Assembly: GCA_038851035.1 (NCBI GenBank)
Contig: JAWCLH010000006.1
Location: forward strand, 25,769 to 89,768
Reading direction: 5' to 3'
DNA: 64,000 nucleotides
DNA from: Thermoplasmata archaeon
GTDB taxonomy: Archaea > Thermoplasmatota > DTKX01 > VGTL01
The notes under the pieces were generated by a model. That model was not told the DNA's origin, did not search any database, and saw only the letters and a list, made by a program, of their open reading frames with translations. A program made the translations under genes and the position numbers. Numbering within the stretch: position 1 is the stretch's first letter; each line of letters opens with the position of its first letter. Positions 1 through 8,931 of this stretch are shown here, piece after piece.

Positions 1-715
1 CCGACTCATGGTGGGGGAAGATTAGATCCATTCCGCCGCCGTGGATATCGAGCGTGGGGCCGAGATAGAGGGTAGACATAGTGGAGCACTCGATGTGCCA
101 GCCCGGTCTGCCCCTCCCCCACGGGCTCTCCCATCCGGGCTCGCCGGGCTTCGACTTCTTCCACAGGGCGAAGTCCATCGGGTGCCGCTTCCTCTCGTCT
201 GGCTCCACCCTAGCCCCGACGAGCATATCCTGAATTCTCTGGTGCGAGAGCCGGCCGAATGTATCGAGCTTCTTTTCAACGCTGAAGTAGACATCCCCAT
301 CCACAACATATGCATAGCCTCTCTCCACGAGATCCTTCACAACCTCAACAATCTCGGGGATGTGCTCCGTCACCTTCGGGTGAATGTTGGCTCTGCGGAC
401 GTTGAGCCTGTCCATGTCCTCGAAATAGGCGCGGATGAAGAAGCTGGAGATTTCCCCCGGCTCCACACCTCTCTCCCTGGCCCTCTGAAGAATCTTGTCG
501 TCGAGGTCGGTGAAGTTCTGGATATATATCACCGTATAGCCTTTGTACTCCAGGTACCTTCTTATTGTATCGAAGGCAACGTAGGACCTAGCGTGTCCAA
601 TATGGCAGTAGTCGTAGACCGTGGGGCCGCACACGTACATATGCACCCGGTTGCCATGGACTGGCCTGAACTCCTCCAGCTCTCCGGTTGCGGTGTTGTG
701 GACCCTGAGGACCAT
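1..715 (-). CDS. cysS: Cysteinyl-tRNA synthetase, N-terminal ~238 aa (the gene continues beyond the window edge)
   Basis: It is absent from the ORF track because it has no stop codon inside the window. My own minus-strand translation from the ATG at 715-713 reads MVLRVHNTATGELEEFRPVHGNRVHMYVCGPTVYDYCHIGHARSYVAFDTIRRYLEYKGYTVIYIQNFTDLDDKI...HPMDFALWKKSKPGEPGWESPWGRGRPGWHIECS...HGGGMDLIFPHHES. It carries the class I HIGH motif (CHIGHARS) and the WHIECS and FPHHE blocks typical of CysRS. The plus-strand ORF 41..748 is its antisense shadow. Confidence 0.9.
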   Translation of the reverse strand, partial: MVLRVHNTATGELEEFRPVHGNRVHMYVCGPTVYDYCHIGHARSYVAFDTIRRYLEYKGYTVIYIQNFTDLDDKILQRARERGVEPGEISSFFIRAYFEDMDRLNVRRANIHPKVTEHIPEIVEVVKDLVERGYAYVVDGDVYFSVEKKLDTFGRLSHQRIQDMLVGARVEPDERKRHPMDFALWKKSKPGEPGWESPWGRGRPGWHIECSTMSTLYLGPTLDIHGGGMDLIFPHHES

Positions 716-812
716 CACTACCGCCCGTGGGAAGGGTTTCGGAGTTAATAACTGTTGAGGGCCCCCTATAGGGACCGTTCGCTGCAAGCTGAGCCTGGAA
801 TTCCCGCTCCGG

Positions 813-920
813 CTACTTCCTGTGCACCGGGCAGCGCTTCCCCGCGCGGCAGAGGGGACACTTTTCTGGCGGGACGTCTCCTATTTTCCTGACCATGTGG
901 CCGTACTTGCGCCTCGGCAT
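813..920 (-). CDS. Candidate 35-aa zinc-knuckle micro-protein (CxxC...CxxH)
   Basis: It is below the ORF-track size cutoff. My own translation is MPRRKYGHMVRKIGDVPPEKCPLCRAGKRCPVHRK followed by a stop. It sits in an otherwise empty 265-nt gap in a very compact genome. A TTTAT-type AT-rich box lies about 30 nt upstream on the minus strand (around 945-952). The listed 766..963 ORF is a different, implausible frame. Confidence 0.35.
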   Translation of the reverse strand: MPRRKYGHMVRKIGDVPPEKCPLCRAGKRCPVHRK

Positions 921-980
921 CGCTCCGGCAATGGGTCGGACCACGATAAATCTGGCGGTGCATACTGAAAAGATAAGGGC

Positions 981-2279
981 TCAGACGCCCAGCCCGAGGA
1001 GCGCCACTGCCGCGACGTTATTCACAGCGTGAGCGATGATTGATGGCACAATTCCGTATCTCCTGAAGAGAAGTCCGAGCCAGAGACCCGCCACGAAAAG
1101 AGGCAGGAGGCTGGGAAGCGAGAGATGCGCCGCCGCGAACATAAGCGAGCTGAGCAGGAGGCCCTGAGCCGGCCCCGCCCTCTTCTGGATCGCGGGGAGG
1201 GCGTAGCCCCTGAAAAAGAACTCCTCGGCGGGCGGCGCCACCGCCGCAACCGCGATTAGCAGGAGGGCCAGGCCGCCGGCGTCTGAGGGAACTCTGAAGA
1301 GGGTCTCCTCGAGCGCTATCCCCGCCAGTCTCTCCATGGCGTATCCCATCACAAGCGAGGCCCCGAGCATCCCGAGTCCGGATAGAACGCCGACGGCGAT
1401 GGGCAGGGCTCCCAGCCCCTCCCTCGTCAGCCCGATTTCTTGGAGCGTAAGGTGGCGGGGCCTGAACACCGCAACATAGGTCAGGCCCACGAGTAGAACA
1501 TCCTGCACGAGGGTTGTGAGGAGCAGTATCTGAGGCGTGAGGACAGCCCTCATAACGCCCTCGGGGTCATCTAAGGGGACGTCCGCCAGAGCAACTAGTA
1601 GTATGGGCGTCAGGGCGAAATTGGCCAGAGCGATGGCTGCGACGAACACCGCCAGCACCCGGTGGCGCGCGTAGGGGCTCCACGGCCTGACGGGCGTGTA
1701 GACAGGGTGCATCGGCGGAGAGTAGTAGTACTGGAGAGACTGGGAGGCATAAGGGGGAGGGGGGCAGAGATGAATCGGAGTCGAGGGAGGGGACGCGGGG
1801 GCCATGGGAGCTGGAGCGAGCGAGGGGGTCGGGGGCGCAGTTGGTGGGCCGAGTGGGGGTAGAGCGGGGGACGGGCTACTTGTAGTGTCAGGTGTCTCGG
1901 ATGCCGAATGAGGTGCGGGCATGTTGCCTTGTGGGAGTTGCGGCGGGGTGGGCGAATATTCAGGCGCCTGGGGCTCGGAAGCTGGTGGATGTGGGGAAGC
2001 GGGCAGAGGAGTGGGGGGACATGGGCTATGTTGTGTATAGGAAACACATGGATACGGAACATACCCTGGATAATAGTAGTATGAAATCGGCCTCGGCCTT
2101 ACAACGAGCCAGATAATCACACCAATCAGTCCTGTGACGGACGCGAGCCCGAGCCAGCTAACCGCGTCCAAGCCCAGCCTCGAGGCGTCGTAATAAACCG
2201 AGATGGCTATGAGAATGCGCCATATACAGAAGGCCGTGAGGGCTGTGGATATCAGAAGGTAGTTCGGGTCCAAGGCCAT
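981..2279 (-). CDS. CPBP (CAAX/Abi-type) intramembrane metalloprotease with an N-terminal two-helix PLDc_N-like module and a long Pro/Tyr-rich linker
   Basis: The C-terminal half carries all three CPBP motifs: EEFFFRGY (EExxxR), FAAAHL (FxxxH) and HAVNN (HxxxN). The N-terminus VYYDASRLGLDAVSWLGLASVTGLIGVIIWLVVRPRP resembles the short PLD-nuclease N-terminal membrane domain. I prefer the internal ATG at 2279 (MALDPNYLL...) over the track start at 2441, which would run into the divergent promoter region. Confidence 0.8.
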   Translation of the reverse strand: MALDPNYLLISTALTAFCIWRILIAISVYYDASRLGLDAVSWLGLASVTGLIGVIIWLVVRPRPISYYYYPGYVPYPCVSYTQHSPCPPTPLPASPHPPASEPQAPEYSPTPPQLPQGNMPAPHSASETPDTTSSPSPALPPLGPPTAPPTPSLAPAPMAPASPPSTPIHLCPPPPYASQSLQYYYSPPMHPVYTPVRPWSPYARHRVLAVFVAAIALANFALTPILLVALADVPLDDPEGVMRAVLTPQILLLTTLVQDVLLVGLTYVAVFRPRHLTLQEIGLTREGLGALPIAVGVLSGLGMLGASLVMGYAMERLAGIALEETLFRVPSDAGGLALLLIAVAAVAPPAEEFFFRGYALPAIQKRAGPAQGLLLSSLMFAAAHLSLPSLLPLFVAGLWLGLLFRRYGIVPSIIAHAVNNVAAVALLGLGV

Positions 2280-2366
2280 CACATACCACGGCCGGGCGCC
2301 GGGGCTGGTAGAAAATGGAGGGGGGCGCAAAAAGCTTTTTCTATCACCCCTCCATTTATTTATTAA

Positions 2367-5300
2367 TTGACGCAACGCATCAGACCTCAGGGCATCCGGA
2401 GCGTAGCTGCGGCGCTCCTCGCGCTGGCATTTCTGAACCACTCCTTGGTTTCAGTGCCCGCGCCAGCAGCTCCCTCTTCCGTGAGAATTCTCTGGGCCTT
2501 AGAGACACCGGGGCAGCTCATCGGCACGCCGGCCCTCGGCGATGTAGACGGAGACGGCATCATGGAGGTGGTTGTGGCCGATGCCACAGCAGGAGTGCTT
2601 GTTGTGGAGGCCAGCGGCTCTCTGAGATGGGCATTCACCCTGCCCTCCCCGCCCTGCACCGGCCCACTGCTCGCAGACCTTGATGGTGGGAGGGGACTCG
2701 AGATTGTTCTAGTCTCGAAGGGTGGTGAGGTTCACGCCCTCTCCGGAGACCGCCGGCTGGTCTGGAGCTTCAGCGCTGATACCAACATTATCGCACCTCC
2801 AGCCGCGGCCGACCTCGACCGCGACGGTCTCGTCGAAATTATTGCGGGAACGGAGGATGGGAGGGTTATTGCGCTGAACTCTTGCGGGAGACTCGTCTGG
2901 AGTTTCGCCACAGGAGAGCCCCTGCTCGCTCCACCGTTGGTTTTCGACCCGCAGATGGTTGGCCGGCTCGCGGTCGCGATAGGCACGGGCGCGGGGAAGG
3001 TAATGGCCATTTCAGGCGCGGGGCACCTCCTCTGGTGTCACACCCTGCCCTCTCCGGTTCTATCGCCTCTCGCGGCCGGCGACATGAACATGGATGGCCT
3101 CCCGGAGATCGCAGCGGCTTGCAGCGACGGGACAATCCATCTCTTAGGCCAAGATTGTCGGCGCTTCTGGAGTGCCTCGGTGGGGTCTAGCGGGGCGTCA
3201 TCCCTCGCGGTCGCCGATGTCGATTCTGACGGAAAAGTTGAGCTTCTTGCGCTCTCCTCCGGTGGCGGGCTGACCTGTTTGGCCCCCTCTGGCGCGCTCA
3301 AGTGGGCCGTTTGGACGGAAGGGCCCGTTGGCCCCCTAGCTCTCTACTCGACTGGAGACGAGCGAAGGGTTGTGATCGCCTCCGGGGATGGCCGAGTTCG
3401 GGTGTTCAATGGGGTCGGTAAGGAGCTCTGGAGCGCCAACGTGCCCGCCCTCAACGGGACCTCATGTGTTATTGCCGATATAGGTGGCGCCGGTGAGGGC
3501 CGGGTCTATCTCGCCGGGGATGACAGAACGCTCTACTGCCTGAGGTCAGGAGAGCCCGCCGCCCTTGGCTGGCCCCAGCTCCAGCACGACCCCCGCAGGA
3601 GTGGAAACCTGCTCGCCGCGCCCTCGGGAGCCCTTCCAGGCTCTCCCCTGTGGAGTTCTCAGCTCGGCTCCGCCCCCCTCTCAACCCCGGAGGTCGCCGA
3701 TCTGCGCGGCACCGGTGGCCGGGAAATTGTGGTGCTCAGTGGAAACGGCAGGCTTTATGCCCTCTCGGCCGCCACGGGTCTCGAACATTGGTCCCGAGAG
3801 CTCGCCCCTGGCATCGGAGAGCCCCCTGCTCCCCTCGTTGCGGATGTCAACGCTGACGCAGCGCTTGAGGTTGTGGCTTCAGCCCTAGACGGTTCTCTCA
3901 CCGCAGCGAGGGGAGCCGATGGCGAGGTTCTGTGGACCCGGGACCTGGGTGCCCGCGCCCCCTCCCCCTCGTCCGCAAATTTCGACGAGGACGCGGAGCT
4001 GGAGGTTGTTCTCGGTACGAGTGGCGGCGAGCTCCTAGTCCTATCCGGGGGCAACGGGAGCCTTGAGCGAATAATCCCCGCTGGAGCGAGGGTGGAGTCG
4101 GCCGCGGCCGTCGGCGACCTCGATGGAGATGGAAGGCCCGACATCGCGCTCCCCACCCAAAGTGGCGTGGTGGCCATCAGCGGAGGCGTCTCGGCCCTCT
4201 GGGTCTGGTCGCGACCCGGCACATCCGCCACCCCTCCGGCCCTAGGTGACCTCAGCGGGGACGGATTACTCGATGTCGTCTTTGGCACGGAGGACGGCCG
4301 CCTCGTTGCCCTCAGCGGGCCGGATGGCCTGGAGCTCTGGAGCTGGAAGCTTGGCTCCCCTATCCGTGCCGCGCCGGTGTTGGTTGATGTCCCGGGAGGG
4401 GCCCCGTGGGACGTTGTCGCCGTCACGTCCAGTGGTGCGGTCGGGGCATTCTCCGGAGACACGGGCCGACCTCTATGGACAGTGGACGCGGACGTTCTCA
4501 CATCCCCAGCGGCCGCGGATATGGACGGGAACGGCCTTCCAGAGCTTTTTCTTGGAGCGAATTCCGGTGTCCTTGCGCTGAGCTCCACGGGAAAGCCCCT
4601 CTGGCTATTCAGAGCTCCAGGAGGGGTCTCCGGGACTCCCGCCATCTCAGACCTCGATTGCGACGGCTCTCTCGAGCTTATAGTCCCCGCCCGGGATGGC
4701 GTCCTGTACTGCGTGTGCGCTGGCGGCCAGTGCGGGCCGGGAGAGGAGCCATGGCCGTCGTTCCGGCATGACATGAGAAGAACCGGCAACCCCTACTCCA
4801 CCGGCGGGGGCTTTTTACCAGATCTCTCAGTTTCCCCCTCGGGCATCCGGACCCCTGAACTCCTCCCGACTGAGGGGAGCGCGATGGGAATAAACGTGAC
4901 CGTCAGAAACACGGGCGCGATGGCCGCCGGCCCCTTCGATGTGGCGCTTTACATCGATGGCACCCTCTTGGGCAGAGTACACCGTGAGGAGGGACTCGCC
5001 CCTGCGACGAGCTCTATATTCTCATTCAGCTGGCTGCCGGAGGGGGGTGACTACGTTTTGAGGGCGGTGGCGGACGAGAGCAACGAGGTTCTGGAGGCGA
5101 GCGAGGCAAACAACGCCGCGAGCATAGAACTCCGGGTAAACTTCAGGCCCATCGCCCGCGCCGGCCCCGACGTTCGTGTCAACGCGGGAGGGGTTGTGGT
5201 TTTCGATGGGAGCGCATCGAGCGACCCCGATGGGGTAATTGTGGATTTCAACTGGTCCTTCGGGGACGGGAGCTTCTCCTGCGGCGAGAGACCGACCCAT

Positions 5301-6626
5301 CGTTATCTGGAGGCGGGTTTGTTCGTTGTGACCCTCAAGGTGACAGACGATTGCGGCGCGGTGGGGGTCGACGAGCTTTCCGTCACCGTGAATGCTCCGC
5401 CCCGAATTCTACGCTGGTGGCCGGAGGGCGATGTGGTGATGTCCGAGAGCTCGCAGTGCGAGTTCAGAATCGAGGCCTTCGACCCCGACGGGGACCCTCT
5501 GGAGACGGGCTGGACACTCGACGGCGAGAGGGCGGGGGAGGGGAATTCATTCACATATCTGCCCAGCTATTCCTCCGCCGGCCGCCACCTCCTCACCGCC
5601 GAGGTGAGCGATGGCACGGGAGCGGACAGCCACACCTGGTCGATAAATGTAATCGACTCGGACGGTCCGATAATCTCATGGTATCCGCCCGAAAAAAGGC
5701 TAAGCGCCAACACGGGCCAGCTCCTCGAATTCTCAGTGATTCTGAGGTCCCCGGATCCCCGGGTGAGGTGGCTTCTCGATGGCCTGGCCGTCGCGGGCGC
5801 TTCTGGCCTTTCACTCAGGGTGCTCGCCGGAGCCCTCTCGGCGGGGCTCCATACAGTAACGGTGGAGGTGAACGACGGCGGCCATATGGACGCGAGGGAG
5901 TGGGAGCTGAGGGTCTTCCGCTTCGACTGGCCTCCTGAGTTCTGCCTGGTCGAACCAGGAGAGGATACGCTGATTTTGCCATCAGGAGGAAGGCAGATAT
6001 TCACGGCATTGGTGCGCGACAGGGATAGCGCGGAGGTCAGGCTTCAGTGGTATCTCAACGGAGCCGCGATCATCGGTGAGACCTCGATGGAGTATATATT
6101 TGCGCATCGAGGGGCTCCGGGTCTGTTTAATGTAACGGTCGTGGCCAGCGATGGGGAGAGGAGCGCGACACACAGTTGGTCCGTGAGGGTCAACCGGGTC
6201 CCGACAGCGCTTGTGTCAACGGCGAAAAGGATAGCGCTCACTGGAGAGGCCGTTGGGCTGGACGCTTCCGGTTCCTTCGACCCGGACGGGGAGGTGGTTA
6301 AGTACAGCTGGCACTTCGGAGACGGATACTCTTGCACCACAGCTTCTCCGTCGATTCGTCACGTCTATGCGAGACCGGGGGTATATATAGTGGAACTCAC
6401 GGTGACGGACGACCTTGGCTTTTACTCAACCGCGAGGGTAACGGTGGTGGTGCTTCCGGAAAGTGGGAGCGGTGGAGTTCCGGGCGTGGGCGCAGCGCTC
6501 GCTGCGCTGGCCATGCTCATCGCGGGGACTGTGCGGAGGTCAAGATTCTTTACCTTGCCCCCCTTCTGGTCCAGCAGGTGGCACTCAGGCCCTCGCCCCC
6601 CAATGGACTCACAACCACAGCGTTAA
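2367..6626 (+). CDS. Giant secreted surface protein: two PQQ/FG-GAP-like beta-propellers, a CARDB-like module, PKD and Ig-like modules, and a C-terminal membrane anchor
   Basis: The N-terminus is signal-peptide-like (MTQRIRPQGIRSVAAALLALAFL). About 16 blade motifs (G.L.W.. such as SGSLRWAF, GRLVWSF, PDGLELWSW) alternate with DxDGDG loops. Two propeller-closing motifs are present (WPQLQHDPRRSGN, WPSFRHDMRRTGN). Canonical PKD signatures are present (FDGSASSDPDGVIVDFNWSFGDGS, LDASGSFDPDGEVVKYSWHFGDGY). The C-terminal anchor is GVGAALAALAMLIAGTVRR. The start is TTG and its exact position is uncertain. Confidence 0.85.
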   Translation: MTQRIRPQGIRSVAAALLALAFLNHSLVSVPAPAAPSSVRILWALETPGQLIGTPALGDVDGDGIMEVVVADATAGVLVVEASGSLRWAFTLPSPPCTGPLLADLDGGRGLEIVLVSKGGEVHALSGDRRLVWSFSADTNIIAPPAAADLDRDGLVEIIAGTEDGRVIALNSCGRLVWSFATGEPLLAPPLVFDPQMVGRLAVAIGTGAGKVMAISGAGHLLWCHTLPSPVLSPLAAGDMNMDGLPEIAAACSDGTIHLLGQDCRRFWSASVGSSGASSLAVADVDSDGKVELLALSSGGGLTCLAPSGALKWAVWTEGPVGPLALYSTGDERRVVIASGDGRVRVFNGVGKELWSANVPALNGTSCVIADIGGAGEGRVYLAGDDRTLYCLRSGEPAALGWPQLQHDPRRSGNLLAAPSGALPGSPLWSSQLGSAPLSTPEVADLRGTGGREIVVLSGNGRLYALSAATGLEHWSRELAPGIGEPPAPLVADVNADAALEVVASALDGSLTAARGADGEVLWTRDLGARAPSPSSANFDEDAELEVVLGTSGGELLVLSGGNGSLERIIPAGARVESAAAVGDLDGDGRPDIALPTQSGVVAISGGVSALWVWSRPGTSATPPALGDLSGDGLLDVVFGTEDGRLVALSGPDGLELWSWKLGSPIRAAPVLVDVPGGAPWDVVAVTSSGAVGAFSGDTGRPLWTVDADVLTSPAAADMDGNGLPELFLGANSGVLALSSTGKPLWLFRAPGGVSGTPAISDLDCDGSLELIVPARDGVLYCVCAGGQCGPGEEPWPSFRHDMRRTGNPYSTGGGFLPDLSVSPSGIRTPELLPTEGSAMGINVTVRNTGAMAAGPFDVALYIDGTLLGRVHREEGLAPATSSIFSFSWLPEGGDYVLRAVADESNEVLEASEANNAASIELRVNFRPIARAGPDVRVNAGGVVVFDGSASSDPDGVIVDFNWSFGDGSFSCGERPTHRYLEAGLFVVTLKVTDDCGAVGVDELSVTVNAPPRILRWWPEGDVVMSESSQCEFRIEAFDPDGDPLETGWTLDGERAGEGNSFTYLPSYSSAGRHLLTAEVSDGTGADSHTWSINVIDSDGPIISWYPPEKRLSANTGQLLEFSVILRSPDPRVRWLLDGLAVAGASGLSLRVLAGALSAGLHTVTVEVNDGGHMDAREWELRVFRFDWPPEFCLVEPGEDTLILPSGGRQIFTALVRDRDSAEVRLQWYLNGAAIIGETSMEYIFAHRGAPGLFNVTVVASDGERSATHSWSVRVNRVPTALVSTAKRIALTGEAVGLDASGSFDPDGEVVKYSWHFGDGYSCTTASPSIRHVYARPGVYIVELTVTDDLGFYSTARVTVVVLPESGSGGVPGVGAALAALAMLIAGTVRRSRFFTLPPFWSSRWHSGPRPPMDSQPQR

Positions 6627-6652
6627 ATACCACCTCTGGCATACAAAGGCAC

Positions 6653-7687
6653 ATGGGCGCCAGATGGGCTCTCACGCTCGCCCTGGGGCTCGCGTGCTTC
6701 GGTATTTTCTTTCCGGTAGCAAGAGGCGCAAACCAGCCCCCGTATTTCACAAGCACCCCTCCGACAACGGCCCATGTAGGACAGGACTATATCTACGATG
6801 CCAACGCCACTGACCCAGACAACGACCCTATTACCTATTATATCACTTATAAAATAGACAATATGAATATAACGCCGGATACAGGCGTATTCACCTGGAC
6901 ACCTACAAAAACGGGGACTCAGATAATAACTATATACGCAACGGACGGAATCACCACGGCAACCCCCCAGACATTCACCGTTGAGGTCGGCCCACCCCAA
7001 AACAGGGCGCCTGAGTTCATGGGGTCTCCCGTGCTCACAGCGACAGTTGGAGAGCTCTACACCTGTGACATCGACGCCGTGGACCCCGACGGTGGGAGGG
7101 TGTTTTTCTCGCTCGATATTGCCCCGAGGGGGATGACGATAGACCAGCTCACAGGCGTGATATCCTGGGTCCCCGGTGAGGAGTTCGCCAACAGGACGGA
7201 GTTCGTCTCTGTAATTGTCCGAGACGAGACGGGGCTCAGCAACACCACCGGCTTCTCAATCGAGGTGAGGAGGTACATCCCGCCGGTGAACCACCCGCCT
7301 GTCTTCACTGGCAGCGATGTCCTGAACGCGACGGTCGGCCAGCTTTACTACTACGACATCAACTACACTGACCAAGACAACGACACCCTGACCTACACCC
7401 TCGAGCTCGGCCCGCCCGGAATGCTCATCAACTCGACCACCGGCGTCCTGACATGGGTCCCCGACAGACTCGATGAGGGCACGACCGTGCAGGTCAGGGT
7501 CAGGGTCTCAGACGGGAAGGACAGCGACACCCACGTCTTCACGATTGTTGTTAAAAAAAGAACCATCTATTACAACGAGGACCCGGCCCGGGCCTCGCCC
7601 TCTCCAGAGATGATGTGCTTTTTCATACCGGCTCTAGCATTTCTCGTCATGGTGGTGGCGTACCTCGTGGCCACAAGACGCAGATAG
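6653..7687 (+). CDS. Secreted protein with three He_PIG/cadherin-like Ig domains and a C-terminal membrane anchor
   Basis: I prefer the internal ATG at 6653 (MGARWALTLALGLACFGIFFPVARG, signal-like). The track start at 6332 overlaps the preceding gene in another frame. Three repeats are visible: NQPPYFTSTPPTTAHVGQDYIYDANATDPDNDPITY, NRAPEFMGSPVLTATVGELYTCDIDAVDPDGGRVFF and NHPPVFTGSDVLNATVGQLYYYDINYTDQDNDTLTY. The C-terminal TM is FFIPALAFLVMVVAYLVATRRR. Confidence 0.85.
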   Translation: MGARWALTLALGLACFGIFFPVARGANQPPYFTSTPPTTAHVGQDYIYDANATDPDNDPITYYITYKIDNMNITPDTGVFTWTPTKTGTQIITIYATDGITTATPQTFTVEVGPPQNRAPEFMGSPVLTATVGELYTCDIDAVDPDGGRVFFSLDIAPRGMTIDQLTGVISWVPGEEFANRTEFVSVIVRDETGLSNTTGFSIEVRRYIPPVNHPPVFTGSDVLNATVGQLYYYDINYTDQDNDTLTYTLELGPPGMLINSTTGVLTWVPDRLDEGTTVQVRVRVSDGKDSDTHVFTIVVKKRTIYYNEDPARASPSPEMMCFFIPALAFLVMVVAYLVATRRR

Positions 7688-7693
7688 CGAGTG

Positions 7694-7698
7694 TTTTT
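7694..7698 (+). terminator. Oligo-T run directly after the stop of 6653..7687 (archaeal-type terminator candidate)
   Basis: The TAG stop at 7685-7687 is followed by gcgagtgTTTTTct. Confidence 0.4.
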
Positions 7699-7848
7699 CT
7701 GACCATATCCCTTCTCGGCACGGGTTCCCGGAATTCGTAGCTGGGGTCGATGGGCGGCTCATATGGCTCATCGGGGCGTGACAGGCCTAGCTGCCTAGGT
7801 TGGTAACGGATGAGAAATTGCATATAATCGCAAAACGATTACTGGGTC

Positions 7849-8778
7849 GTGCCAGAGACACAGAGAGATGGTGACGGTACGAAAATTGACTCCCGGAACC
7901 AGCTCGCTTTCGGGGCGCTCATCTGTGCCTTCCATGCAACGGTCATGGGCCTCCTACCAGATACAATTGTACCCCCGATATTCAGGACAAGTTCCTGGAT
8001 GTTCTTCTCAGTCCTGACCCTTCTCTGCCTGTACCTCGGCCTGCCCCACATGTGGCCCTACAGCCTCTGGCTGGCCGGAGTATATGGATCATCGGCGCTC
8101 GGGGTGCTGCTTCTCGCTGGCAGGGGGGACAGGCTCCTCAGCTCAAGGGTGGTTGCAGCCATAATAGGCCTCCTCCTCGAACTCGCGGCCCTAACGCTCA
8201 TCTACAACATCCTTCTGAGGGTTAGGACAATGAGATCCGTTCTTGGGACAAAGTCGCCGCTCGGAATCTGGATGCTCGCTACCATCCTCTTTTTCGTCTT
8301 CTCGAACACGGCCGCCGCGGGCTGGCTAGTCTGGAGCGCCGAAGACGGCAGCGTGGGTTTTCTAGTTTATACCGCCTCTGAGGCTATGCTAGCGGTTTTG
8401 CTGGTTTATATCTGCTGGGCCCCGGAGGAGTTGGTATGGTCCGCGCCGAGACCGACCGACATTACCGTTGCTGAGGCCGCTGGACCAGCTCTGATAAGGA
8501 AGCTCGTCGGGCCGAGGGAGGTCGTGGTGAGGAACTGCCCCTCCTGCGGGGCACCTCTAAAGAGCATGACGCTCCGGTGCCCTTCGTGCGGGGTATCCGC
8601 TGGCGCGGGCTGGTGTGCGGCCCACGAGAGCTTTCTCGCCCCCTGCCCCTCGTGTGGCTCCCCAACGCTCTCATCCGAGCTGCGGTGCATCAAATGTGGG
8701 GCGCCCTTTCCGGGCCTGAAGTGCCCATCCTGCGGGCGCGCCTCGTCCATACGGGAGTGGAGGAGAGCGACGGCCTGA
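7849..8778 (+). CDS. Polytopic membrane protein with a C-terminal cytoplasmic array of five CxxC zinc-ribbon knuckles
   Basis: Several hydrophobic helices are present (e.g. WMFFSVLTLLCLYLGL, VVAAIIGLLLELAALTLIY, IWMLATILFFVF). The C-terminal part reads NCPSCGAPLKSMTLRCPSCG...APCPSCGSPTLSSELRCIKCGAPFPGLKCPSCG. The start is GTG, about 25 nt downstream of the TATA-like gcatataatcg, so the transcript may be leaderless. Confidence 0.7.
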   Translation: MPETQRDGDGTKIDSRNQLAFGALICAFHATVMGLLPDTIVPPIFRTSSWMFFSVLTLLCLYLGLPHMWPYSLWLAGVYGSSALGVLLLAGRGDRLLSSRVVAAIIGLLLELAALTLIYNILLRVRTMRSVLGTKSPLGIWMLATILFFVFSNTAAAGWLVWSAEDGSVGFLVYTASEAMLAVLLVYICWAPEELVWSAPRPTDITVAEAAGPALIRKLVGPREVVVRNCPSCGAPLKSMTLRCPSCGVSAGAGWCAAHESFLAPCPSCGSPTLSSELRCIKCGAPFPGLKCPSCGRASSIREWRRATA

Positions 8779-8879
8779 GCCGCACCTCCAGGAATCCGCG
8801 GTTTTCTCTGCTGCGCAGGAGAACGAGGGAGGCCGCGCGCTGCCTGCTACCTTGTGGCAATTTGAATCTCCGGACTAGG

Positions 8880-8894
8880 AAATATATTATTAAT
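8880..8894 (+). promoter_or_regulatory. TATA-box-like element upstream of tkt
   Basis: The element aaatatattattaat lies about 40-50 nt upstream of the ATG at 8932. It is followed by an ATTAAT-n5-ATTAAT symmetric element. Confidence 0.5.
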
Positions 8895-8931
8895 CGAACA
8901 TTAATTCCGCCCCATCAGGCAGGGACGGAAA

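Noticed and set aside
41-748. A 235-aa plus-strand ORF at the start of the window.
   Set aside because: It is the antisense shadow of cysS. The minus strand translates to an unmistakable CysRS N-terminus (HIGH motif etc.), while the plus-strand product is low-complexity with no recognisable motif.
1740-1870. G-run clusters with G-quadruplex potential on the plus strand (also at about 48690-48800 and 54640-54790).
   Set aside because: They are the complement of CCN proline codons in the Pro-rich tails of minus-strand genes, so composition explains them. No independent evidence for a regulatory role is visible.
3755-4789. Long ORFs antisense to or out of frame with real genes (3755..4789, 9466..10737, 13787..14698, 37262..38044, 40284..41159, 46612..47370, 48333..49022 and many shorter ones).
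   Set aside because: Long open frames opposite real genes are expected in GC-rich DNA because stop codons are rare. Their products are Arg/Pro/Gly-rich with no motifs, and each overlaps a gene that has clear family signatures.
6332-6652. A possible overlap or programmed frameshift between the 1419-aa surface protein and the next ORF (track start 6332).
   Set aside because: The upstream extension has no protein-like features. An in-frame ATG at 6653, just after the first gene's stop, gives a normal signal peptide. No slippery-site evidence is needed.
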